A stretch of DNA of 49,677 nt, taken from the NCBI GenBank assembly GCA_964597305.1, contig CAZQWU010000004.1, positions 1 through 49,677 of the forward strand, in the 5' to 3' direction. The position numbers and the translations under genes were made by a program. Source of the DNA: an uncultured Bifidobacterium sp. Lineage in GTDB: Bacteria; Actinomycetota; Actinomycetes; Nanopelagicales; Nanopelagicaceae. This document shows, piece after piece, positions 26,017 to 35,886 of this stretch. A model generated the notes under the pieces. That model was given only the letters and a program-made list of their open reading frames with translations, was not told where the DNA came from and ran no database searches. Position 1 is the first letter of the stretch. Each line of letters begins with the position of its first letter.

Positions 26017-26802
26017 TTAGTCGCGACGAAGTATTGATAACAGACGCAACACTTCCAGGTAAAGCCAGACGATAGTAACCATCAAGCCAAACCCAGCTAC
26101 CCATGATTGATCTTGCGGAACGCCCGCACGAACACCTCGCTCGATTTGATCAAAATCAAGTACAAGGAAGAAACTTGCGAGAGCGACACCGGCAATTGCC
26201 AGCATTGGACCAAAGCCACTCAAACCGAAAAATCCAAGTCCACCGCCGACCTTGAAAAATGCGCCTGCAATAAGACTTGCAATGCCGAGGGCAAAGTAAC
26301 CAAAGAGAGCCGCCATGAGTGTTTTTGTAAATCGCGCAGTTACCCGAATTTTTCCACTCTTATAAGCAAAGAGAACGCCAGCGATTGCTGCCAATGTCGC
26401 GACGACTGCCTGGGCAACAATTCCATTGTAAGCATCGTTATAAATATTGCTGATGACACCGAGCGCTAAACCTTCAAGCGCTGCGTAGGTCATGATCAAA
26501 CCAGGACGCACTTTCTTACTAAACGAAATAACCATCGCAAGAATGAATGCGCCACCAAAACCAAGAAGTAAAACGCCTGCGCCAAGATTCAATGTCCACG
26601 CAAGTGCGCCAGCGACAACAAGTATTGCAAAGAGAATGCCGGTGCGAGTAACGACATCATCAATAGTCATTCGTCCAGTTCGCAATGACGATGCTGCTGG
26701 TGCGCTGTAGCTCTCTTCAAGAGTTGAGAGATCGGTATCCATTGCTGCAAAACCACGTTCTCCGCTAAATGCTTTATTGAGAACTGGATTTGAACTGTTC
26801 AT
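26017..26802 (-). CDS. Bax inhibitor-1/YccA family membrane protein
   Basis: 261 aa with seven TM helices after a soluble N-terminus, and a charged C-terminal tail. SD GAGGAGAAGA. Confidence 0.75.
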   Translation of the reverse strand: MNSSNPVLNKAFSGERGFAAMDTDLSTLEESYSAPAASSLRTGRMTIDDVVTRTGILFAILVVAGALAWTLNLGAGVLLLGFGGAFILAMVISFSKKVRPGLIMTYAALEGLALGVISNIYNDAYNGIVAQAVVATLAAIAGVLFAYKSGKIRVTARFTKTLMAALFGYFALGIASLIAGAFFKVGGGLGFFGLSGFGPMLAIAGVALASFFLVLDFDQIERGVRAGVPQDQSWVAGFGLMVTIVWLYLEVLRLLSILRRD

Positions 26803-26907
26803 TCTTCTCCTCTGTTTTCTCTATTTTTTCTATTTTTTCTTTACTTTTTCTCATGAGTTCACATACCACTTGTTTCAACATACCACTCGTTTTGAGAGTG
26901 GTACTCG

Positions 26908-26980
26908 TGCCCCCGGTGGGGGTCGAACCCACACTGTGACGATTTTAAGTCGTCTGCCTCTGCCGTTGGGCTACAGGGGC
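26908..26980 (-). tRNA. tRNA with anticodon UAA (Leu by anticodon) but a class I (short variable loop) cloverleaf
   Basis: GCCCCTG TA GCC CAACGGCAGA GGC A GACGA CTTAAAA TCGTC ACAGT GTGGG TTCGACC CCCAC CGGGGGC A. All four stems are intact and the discriminator is A73. No CCA is encoded. Folded by hand. Confidence 0.75.
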
Positions 26981-26997
26981 GCACTGAGTGGGTAAAT

Positions 26998-27768
26998 CTA
27001 CCTTGAGCCAATTGCGAAAATTTTCGCCCGATTGACCACATCATCCAGCGCTTCCTCCGTAAGTTTTCCGGTAAAGGTGTTCTGTTGACTGGGGTGGTAA
27101 CTCCCAATCACATGACGTACAACCCCATCACTCATCGTGAACTGGTAATGCGCGCCATGTCCAAAACGTGGCAAGGGTCGCAAATATTCCTTAAAAGCAA
27201 CTGAGTCAAGGTTTTGAATTACCTTGAACAACGCCCGCCAAGCGAAATTGCCCAGTACAAGAAAAGATCGAACAGTGGGAAGTAAGAGCTCTACCTCGCG
27301 TTCAAGAAATGGCGAGCACTGGCGAGCCTCTTCAGGCAGTGGTTTGTTATCTGGTGGAGCACATCGAACCGCGCAGGTAATTCGCGTATGAAATATTTCT
27401 TGTCCATCATGAATATCAGTACTCGTTGCTTTTTTCGCTAAACCGTTTCGAAAAAGTGATCCGTAGAGCCAATCACCAGAGCGATCTCCGGTAAATATCC
27501 GACCTGTTCTATTGGCACCATGTGCGCCAGGAGCTAAACCAATAATAAGTAATTGTGCTTTATCAACACCAAAACTTGGAACTGGTTTCCCCCAATATTT
27601 CTCGTCGCTATACGATTTACGTTTTTCACGCGCGACTGTGGAACGCCACGAATTGAGTCGTGGACATGCAGTGCAAGAAATTATTTCTTTATTAAGAACT
27701 TTTAATGAGCGAACATTCTGCGGAAAATTAATAGATTTATTTTTCGGCAAGAGACCACGCCATTCCAT
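26998..27768 (-). CDS. uracil-DNA glycosylase, 4Fe-4S family (family 4/5-like)
   Basis: GLAPGAHGANRTGRIFTGD and cluster cysteines (CTACPRL ... CAVRC). I chose ATG at 27768. The longer ORF-track N-terminus overlaps the ppx coding sequence. Confidence 0.75.
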   Translation of the reverse strand: MEWRGLLPKNKSINFPQNVRSLKVLNKEIISCTACPRLNSWRSTVAREKRKSYSDEKYWGKPVPSFGVDKAQLLIIGLAPGAHGANRTGRIFTGDRSGDWLYGSLFRNGLAKKATSTDIHDGQEIFHTRITCAVRCAPPDNKPLPEEARQCSPFLEREVELLLPTVRSFLVLGNFAWRALFKVIQNLDSVAFKEYLRPLPRFGHGAHYQFTMSDGVVRHVIGSYHPSQQNTFTGKLTEEALDDVVNRAKIFAIGSR

Positions 27769-28651
27769 CCAATATATCTGATTCAGAAATAATGCAGGTC
27801 GAAGCCCCTGTCGCGTGAATGGCGCGTGACAGAACGAGTGATCCGGCAGAAATAACATCAACGCGCCCTGGATGCATATAACCAAGATGTGCAATCTCTG
27901 AGCGCGACATGTCACAGAATTTTTCTGAGATTTCATGAATTTTCGACGCGCTAATTCTTGATAGGTGGATGCTATAGCGATCGTATTCAGTTAACTCAAG
28001 CGCTGCTGCGGCAACCGTCGTTGCGGTGCCAGCGACTGCAATAACTGAGTGAGCTTGTGTGAGTGGAACATGAGCACTCGCACGGGTCATCGCTTGATCA
28101 ATATCGGCGATAACTCGTTCTCGATCGGGTGCGCTGAGTGGTGAAACAACATTATGGCGTTCAGTCATTCGCACGCATCCAATATTGGCGCTATACGCCG
28201 CTTCAACTTTCGCAGAACCAAAAACAAATTCCGTTGAGCCACCACCGATGTCAATGACAAGAAATGGCGCATCCTTCGATGACAACTCTTTAGTAGCGCC
28301 TGAAAAAGAAAGATGAGCTTCTTCATCTCCAGAAATTACTTCTGGGGTAACGCCAATGATATTTTCCACACCGTGAATAAAAAGGTCACGATTTTCTGCA
28401 TCGCGAGTCGCACTCGTTGCGCAGAATCGAATTTTCTCAACTCCTCGACGAGTAATGTCATCGGCAAATTGGGTTAGCGCTTTTAAGGTTCGTTCGATCG
28501 CTTCTGGGTGGAAGGCTTTGTTGAGATCTACACCTTGTCCAAGTCGAACCACTTCCATGGTTCGGTAAATTTCACGAAAGTGATCGCCAGTAATATCTGC
28601 AATCAACAGTCGGATCGAATTAGTTCCGCAATCAATCGCTGCAACACGCAT
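27737..28651 (-). CDS. ppx: exopolyphosphatase / Ppx-GppA family phosphatase
   Basis: AAIDCGTNSIRLLIAD and DIGGGSTEF, the ASKHA phosphate-binding motifs. I chose the start at MRVAAID (28651). Confidence 0.85.
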   Translation of the reverse strand: MRVAAIDCGTNSIRLLIADITGDHFREIYRTMEVVRLGQGVDLNKAFHPEAIERTLKALTQFADDITRRGVEKIRFCATSATRDAENRDLFIHGVENIIGVTPEVISGDEEAHLSFSGATKELSSKDAPFLVIDIGGGSTEFVFGSAKVEAAYSANIGCVRMTERHNVVSPLSAPDRERVIADIDQAMTRASAHVPLTQAHSVIAVAGTATTVAAAALELTEYDRYSIHLSRISASKIHEISEKFCDMSRSEIAHLGYMHPGRVDVISAGSLVLSRAIHATGASTCIISESDILDGMAWSLAEK

Positions 28652-29138
28652 TGTGCCACCATTCCGGAAGCTGGTGAAGCGCTTCGTCGCCCAACGGATT
28701 AACACCGCTACCTTGCGCCAGCGAGTGTGCAATTAATGCATGTAAGCATTTCACTCGATCAGGCATTCCACCTGCAGAAATCGCATCAATTTCTGGAACA
28801 GAAATACCTAACGCAGCGCGTGCTGCTAGATAATCAATGTGAGCTGCCATGTACTCACCAGCAAGTTGTGGATCATTCGTTAAACGCTCCGACATCTGGG
28901 CCATTAATCCTGTTGTTTCTAATGTTGAAATTGCTGAAGTTAATTTAGGGCAGGTTGCATAATAAAAAGTAGGAAATGGTGAGCCATCCTGAAGTCGAGG
29001 TGGCGTTTCAATAACATCTGGTGCGCCACAAGGACAACGGTGCGCTATGGCATGAACATCGCGAGGTGTTCGTTGGAGTTGCTCGGCAATAATCTCCACA
29101 TCTCGCGGAGTCGGTTTTTCACCCACCTGATGCACCAA
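28632..29138 (-). CDS. DUF501 domain protein
   Basis: 168 aa. CPCGAPDVIETPPRL...FPTFYYATCP. Occupies the conserved position between ftsB and ppx seen in actinobacteria. Confidence 0.7.
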   Translation of the reverse strand: MVHQVGEKPTPRDVEIIAEQLQRTPRDVHAIAHRCPCGAPDVIETPPRLQDGSPFPTFYYATCPKLTSAISTLETTGLMAQMSERLTNDPQLAGEYMAAHIDYLAARAALGISVPEIDAISAGGMPDRVKCLHALIAHSLAQGSGVNPLGDEALHQLPEWWHNACCSD

Positions 29139-29574
29139 CGGACGTAATAGAGGAGATGACCCGGGAATACCACGGTATTCCTAACGGAAATTTCTCTGAA
29201 ACTTGCGCTGCGGTGGTATTTTTTTGCACAGATCCACCCGGCGTTCCAATGACAATGTATTCACGCTCACCCGGAAGAACAAAATGTAATCGTGCTCTCG
29301 CTTGTGCTTTGATGTAATTGTCATCTCGCCATTTTTCTAGCTCTGCTCGAGCGGCTGCCAATTCACGAGAATTATCAGACACATTCGCTTGTAACGAACT
29401 TATCTGGGCGCGTTGTACAAAATATTGCTGAACAGGCGGTGCCAACGTAATCGCGGCAATAAACAGCGCAATGAAAACGATGAGCAATCGGCCAGAAATT
29501 CCCGCATCTTCTAAACGTGAAGTGATCGCTCGAGGGGCGCTTGAAATTCGCCGTGAAACTCGCTTCGTTTTCAT
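29119..29574 (-). CDS. ftsB: septum formation initiator (FtsB/DivIC-like)
   Basis: Basic N-terminus, a single TM (LLIVFIALFIAAITLA), then a coiled coil (QISSLQANVSDNSRELAAARAELEKWRDDNY). ATG at 29574 lies 4 nt after the eno stop. Confidence 0.75.
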   Translation of the reverse strand: MKTKRVSRRISSAPRAITSRLEDAGISGRLLIVFIALFIAAITLAPPVQQYFVQRAQISSLQANVSDNSRELAAARAELEKWRDDNYIKAQARARLHFVLPGEREYIVIGTPGGSVQKNTTAAQVSEKFPLGIPWYSRVISSITSVGASGG

Positions 29575-29578
29575 CGCA

Positions 29579-30913
<1,335 letters not shown>

Positions 30914-30921
30914 CTACAGCG

Positions 30922-31581
30922 TTAACTCTGTATTTCTTGGCGCGAAAGCGATTGCGCATATCGCAATGCAACGTCACGCAATGCAGCTTCCGGATCGATC
31001 TCATGCTTATGTGCAATGACAGCAATGGCCATGAGCGCTTTACCAATAGCATCGCTTGAGATTTCTGAAGACGTTAAATTCACATTATCGTCGCTAGGCA
31101 ATGTTGCTTTATTCCTCGCGGCTCGATGAATGAGTTTTGCTGCAAGCGGTAAAGCAGGTTGACCTAATGGCACTCCATCAATCGGTGATGTTCGCTTTTT
31201 CTCATTATTTTTAATGGATTCCCAATTGTCTTTTACCTCACCACTTGTTGATGCGTGTGCATCACCAAAGACATGTGGGTGTCGACTCACGAGTTTGTCG
31301 GCAACAGTGTGTGCCACATCATTTATCGTAAATGGTTCATTGTCTCGTTCTTGGGCAATGCGTGCATGAAAATAAACTTGGAGAAGAAGATCGCCTAACT
31401 CTTCTTTTATCTCTTCTGAATTACCTTTCTCTACTGCGTCAATAAACTCATACGCTTCTTCGAGCAGGTATTTCAACAGTGACTGATGAGTCTGTTCTGC
31501 ATCCCAAGGACATCCGCCCGGCGATCGCAGGGTATCCATCACCTCAGCGAGTCGAGTAAGTTCCTCGGTAGAGATAGGCAT
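30922..31581 (-). CDS. mazG: nucleoside triphosphate pyrophosphohydrolase MazG
   Basis: GGCPWDAEQTHQSLLKYLLEEAYEFIDAVE and EELGDLLLQV. Confidence 0.85.
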   Translation of the reverse strand: MPISTEELTRLAEVMDTLRSPGGCPWDAEQTHQSLLKYLLEEAYEFIDAVEKGNSEEIKEELGDLLLQVYFHARIAQERDNEPFTINDVAHTVADKLVSRHPHVFGDAHASTSGEVKDNWESIKNNEKKRTSPIDGVPLGQPALPLAAKLIHRAARNKATLPSDDNVNLTSSEISSDAIGKALMAIAVIAHKHEIDPEAALRDVALRYAQSLSRQEIQS

Positions 31582-31596
31582 GACAAGTACGTAGCG

Positions 31597-32196
31597 CTAC
31601 TTATTGACTGCACTACCAGCAGCATTTGCATCTTCAATCAACCCTGATGTTTCATTCCACGTTCCGTATTTCGGGTTGACTGTGATTTTCAATTTCTTCG
31701 CCGTGCTGAGAATTTTCTCTTGAATCGCCGCAGATGCATCGGCTTGAGAAACACCACTAGCAATAACTGCATCGGTAAGTTTTTGAATAATGACATCCCG
31801 TCGCAAAATCATTGTTAAGTTTTGACTCGCAATGGAAGCTTGAACGAGTACCGACGGTAATTTATCTGCTCCACCTATTTGCTTGTACACGCTCTCTTTA
31901 TAGGCAGTAACTTCTGATTGAGTTATCGAAATTTTGTTCTCTCGAGCTACTTCTTCAATGACACCTGACGTTAGAAGAAATTGAAGCTGGCCACGAGTGA
32001 GATCAGCACCAGTAGTTAATTGCATTTGGGAGGTATCGACGTTTTTTCGCTCTTGCAAAACCTGGTTCACGCTCGTTTCTAAACTTTTTAAAGAGATTTC
32101 ATGTGTTCCATAGGTGGCTGCCGAGCTGACATTGGCGCAACCGGAGATTATGAGTAATGACACCACACCAAGTAACGATGCAAAAAACCTTTTCAC
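31597..32196 (-). CDS. lipoprotein, SurA N-terminal-domain-like chaperone
   Basis: Lipobox LLIISGC and a helical body. Overlaps the mfd stop by 4 nt. Confidence 0.55.
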   Translation of the reverse strand: MKRFFASLLGVVSLLIISGCANVSSAATYGTHEISLKSLETSVNQVLQERKNVDTSQMQLTTGADLTRGQLQFLLTSGVIEEVARENKISITQSEVTAYKESVYKQIGGADKLPSVLVQASIASQNLTMILRRDVIIQKLTDAVIASGVSQADASAAIQEKILSTAKKLKITVNPKYGTWNETSGLIEDANAAGSAVNK

Positions 32197-35100
32197 GTAT
32201 TCACTCTCTTTCCCGATATTTCATGGAGGACGTTCATTGCCCACTCAGTAATGGTCCGATCGGTGCTGGTTTCCTCAGCGCCGTTAGTATTCCGTAACTC
32301 TGTCAGAAAATCACGCGGCCGAGCAACTAACAAGGTCCGAGTAGCTTTTTTTATTTGAGATCCTGGATACAGTCTCATGAGGCGTAACTCTACGGATTCG
32401 GGTAACTCGACTTCCGAGATTCGTAAGTAATTACCTTGTACGACGACCTCGTGAAGATGTAATGCTTTTGCCATAACGCGCAATTGTGCAACTGACATCA
32501 ACTCACGCGCCGGCTCAGGAAGTTCACCAAATCGATCTACGAGTTCTTTCTCAATCTCATTAACATCGTTCATACTCGCCGAATCTGCTAGACGGCGATA
32601 CACGTCTAATCTCAATCGTTCGCCTGGTACGTATTCGTGTGACAAATGGGCGGTTATTGGCAATTCCACTCGACAGTCATTGCTACGCACTTCATCTGCA
32701 GCATTTTCAATAATTCCATTTTTATATTCTGCGACCGCTTCGCCCACCATACGCATATACAAATCAAATCCAACGTCAGCAATATGTCCACTCTGTTCAC
32801 CACCAAGTAAATTCCCAGCGCCACGAATTTCAAGATCTTTAAGTGCGACCTGCATTCCAGAACCTAACTCTGTGTGTGCCGAAATTGTTGTTAAACGCTC
32901 GAGCGCAAGTTCTGTCAATGGTTGATCTGGCGGATATAAAAAATAGGCATAAGCTCGTTCGCGACTTCGTCCAACTCGACCACGTATTTGATGAAGTTGT
33001 GAAAGTCCAAAAAGATCAGCGCGCTCCACAATCAGAGTATTCGCGTTCGCAACATCAATACCATTTTCAATAATTGTCGTACACACCAATATGTCAAAGT
33101 TTCGATTCCAAAATGCAAGAATCACATCCTCCAACGCACCTTCGGCCATTTGGCCATGTGCAACTGCAATTCTCGCCTCGGGAACTAACGTTCGTAACTT
33201 TGCGGCAGCCATATCAATACTCTCAACTCGATTATGAATGTAAAAGATTTGACCATCTCGAAGAAGTTCACGATGAATTGCAGCGGTAACTTGCTTGTCA
33301 TCATAAGGACCGACATAGGTAAGAACCGGGTGGCGCTCTTCAGGTGGGGTTGTGATCGTCGACATCTCTCGGATACCAGTTATCGCCATCTCAAGTGTTC
33401 GAGGAATTGGCGTTGCCGACATTGCTAGCACGTCTACTGTGGTTCGTAATTTCTTAAGCGCTTCTTTATGTTCGACGCCAAAGCGTTGTTCTTCATCGAC
33501 GATAATCAATCCTAAATCCCGAAAGACAACATCTCGTGAAAGTAGTCGATGAGTTCCGATGACCACATCTAATGCGCCGGTTGATAAACCAGTTAAAACC
33601 TCATTATTTTCTCTTGATGAATTAAAGCGTGACAGTCCTGCGATTGCCAATGGGAATCCGGCATAACGATTCGTAAAAGTTGATAAATGTTGTTGTACAA
33701 GCAAGGTCGTAGGAACTAATACTGCAACTTGTTTACCATCCTGGACTGCTTTAAAAGCGGCGCGAATAGCAATCTCAGTTTTCCCATAACCAACATCACC
33801 ACAGACCAATCTATCCATGGGATATGGCCGCTCCATATCTCGTTTTACTTCTTCAATGGTGGCAAGTTGATCTGCCGTTTCAACATAAGAAAACGCATCC
33901 TCCAATTCGCGTTGCCAGGGAGTATCTGGAGAAAAAGCAAAACCGGGTGCACTGGTTCGTGCCGCGTAGAGTCGAATGAGTTCACCGGCAATTTCTTTAA
34001 CGGCTTTTTTTGCCCGTGATTTAGCTTTGATCCAATCAGATCCACCTATTCGATGAACTGCTGGAGTTTCACCGCCAACATATCGAGTAACGAGTTCTAG
34101 CGAATCGGTTGGTACATATATTCGATCTGACGGTTGGCCGCGTTTTGAAGGGGCATATTCAATAACCAGGTATTCGCGCGTTGCGTTATTGAGTGTTCGT
34201 TCAACGAGTTCAATATATCGACCGACGCCATGGTGTTCGTGAACGACATAGTCACCGGATTTTAATTCCAATGGATCGATAGATTTTTTCCGACGGGTAG
34301 GCAACTTGTCATTCAGAGGCGACGACGCACCAGTAATGTCACGATCGGTGATAAATGCAATCTTCCTTGTTTCATCAACAAAGCCATGTGCGATCTGTGA
34401 GATCGTGATCGAAACAACTCCCCGAGTCGGTATCGCCTCAAGTTTTTCGTGAAAAATCAGCGGGATCTCTGCTTCTTTAAGCACGTCTCGAATTCGGTCA
34501 GCTAAGCCGTGATTATGCGAAGAGATAACAACAAGATAATCAGAGTTGATCCAGCGTCGAAGATCGGCAACTACCTGTTCATAATGTGATCGATATGATT
34601 CGCATGGCTTAATGTGATGAATGAAAAACGAGTCGCTATCGCCAAAACTATTCAATGACAATGTTTCATATTGGGACATGGCATGGTCATAATCATCATA
34701 AGTACCGGTATTAAGAATGTTGTGGAGAGACAGAGGGGTTGCGCCACCGTTTGCGGCATTTGACCACGCAGCTGCCAAAAATTCTGCAGTAGTTTTTTGG
34801 AGATCCAGCGAGCGCAATCGGATTCGTTCTTCATCAATCAGAACGAGTAACGAATCGAGTGGCACCCGACTAAGAAATGATTCCACCTCAGTGAGTGCGC
34901 TCATTAGCGATTCCATACCTTCGACGTAAATCCCCTCGGCGATACGGCCGCACATCTCACGAAGTTCTGGATAGCTCTCTGCTAATTGACTGGCTCTATT
35001 TTTCATATTGTCAGAAATAAGTATTTCTCGACACGGCATAATTTCCAGTGGACCTATCACTGGTTGAAATGTGCGTTGATCTGAAACGGAGAAATACCGC

Positions 35101-35732
35101 ATCTCCTCGATTTCATCACCGAAAAATTCCACACGAACAGGGTGATCCATAAGTGGGAGGAAGAGATCGACTATTCCACCTCGCACCGCAAATTCGCCAC
35201 GTTTTTCTACGAGATCAGTACGTTGATAGGCGCTCGACACTAAATGGTTAACGAAATCGGTCAGCGATATTTCTTTTCCTAGCGTTAATTCAAGAAGTGG
35301 TTTACTCGTTATCGAACAATTAATTGGCTGAAGAATGGCTCGTATTGGAGCAATGATTATTGGTACGTCATTCGCATTCTGAGTGCGATAGGTATTGGAA
35401 GTTTCTTTTACTACAGTTGATTTTTTATCAATGGTGTATAACGTATGTAGTCTGCGCGCTACAGTATCGCTCTTAGGGCTAAGTTTCTCGTGGGGCAATG
35501 TCTCCCATGCTGGAAAAAATAAAAGATTTTGAGGCTCAGTTAATTCTGATAATTCCTGAAAAAGTTCTTCGGCTCTTCGAGTTGAATGAGTGATGACAAC
35601 GAGTGAACGTTTCTTCTGCACAAGCGAAATAAGAAAAGGTTCAAGCGATGATGGTGTGACAATTCGAGCAGGACCAGTGAGTGCGCGTGAAATTTCATCA
35701 TTCTGAACTAACGCTTCTCGCAAACCGCGCAT
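32193..35732 (-). CDS. mfd: transcription-repair coupling factor
   Basis: 1179 aa. GDVGYGKTE, DEEQRFG, SATPIPRT and QLHQIRGRVGRS. CarD-like domain (GDYVVHEHHGVGRY). Confidence 0.95.
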   Translation of the reverse strand: MRGLREALVQNDEISRALTGPARIVTPSSLEPFLISLVQKKRSLVVITHSTRRAEELFQELSELTEPQNLLFFPAWETLPHEKLSPKSDTVARRLHTLYTIDKKSTVVKETSNTYRTQNANDVPIIIAPIRAILQPINCSITSKPLLELTLGKEISLTDFVNHLVSSAYQRTDLVEKRGEFAVRGGIVDLFLPLMDHPVRVEFFGDEIEEMRYFSVSDQRTFQPVIGPLEIMPCREILISDNMKNRASQLAESYPELREMCGRIAEGIYVEGMESLMSALTEVESFLSRVPLDSLLVLIDEERIRLRSLDLQKTTAEFLAAAWSNAANGGATPLSLHNILNTGTYDDYDHAMSQYETLSLNSFGDSDSFFIHHIKPCESYRSHYEQVVADLRRWINSDYLVVISSHNHGLADRIRDVLKEAEIPLIFHEKLEAIPTRGVVSITISQIAHGFVDETRKIAFITDRDITGASSPLNDKLPTRRKKSIDPLELKSGDYVVHEHHGVGRYIELVERTLNNATREYLVIEYAPSKRGQPSDRIYVPTDSLELVTRYVGGETPAVHRIGGSDWIKAKSRAKKAVKEIAGELIRLYAARTSAPGFAFSPDTPWQRELEDAFSYVETADQLATIEEVKRDMERPYPMDRLVCGDVGYGKTEIAIRAAFKAVQDGKQVAVLVPTTLLVQQHLSTFTNRYAGFPLAIAGLSRFNSSRENNEVLTGLSTGALDVVIGTHRLLSRDVVFRDLGLIIVDEEQRFGVEHKEALKKLRTTVDVLAMSATPIPRTLEMAITGIREMSTITTPPEERHPVLTYVGPYDDKQVTAAIHRELLRDGQIFYIHNRVESIDMAAAKLRTLVPEARIAVAHGQMAEGALEDVILAFWNRNFDILVCTTIIENGIDVANANTLIVERADLFGLSQLHQIRGRVGRSRERAYAYFLYPPDQPLTELALERLTTISAHTELGSGMQVALKDLEIRGAGNLLGGEQSGHIADVGFDLYMRMVGEAVAEYKNGIIENAADEVRSNDCRVELPITAHLSHEYVPGERLRLDVYRRLADSASMNDVNEIEKELVDRFGELPEPARELMSVAQLRVMAKALHLHEVVVQGNYLRISEVELPESVELRLMRLYPGSQIKKATRTLLVARPRDFLTELRNTNGAEETSTDRTITEWAMNVLHEISGKRVNT

Positions 35733-35886
35733 TTCTCACCCCTCTCCGACAGCACGCCAATTTTCACCACAGCAACAACAACTTCACATCAACAACCAAT
35801 ACGTCAACGAGCATTAGCCCCTTCGTCCGGCGGACGGGGGCTTACAGAATTAATAGTAGTGGGATTAATACTGAGAGAATGTCGCC

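Noticed and set aside
27769-27936. 56-aa N-terminal extension of the uracil-DNA glycosylase ORF. Similar extensions exist for ppx (28652-28732), ftsB (29575-29625), tatD (45864-45944) and SURF1 (20043-20144).
   Set aside because: Each extension overlaps the upstream gene's coding sequence and lacks similarity to the family N-terminus. Internal starts placed right after the upstream stop fit the tight operon packing seen elsewhere in the window.
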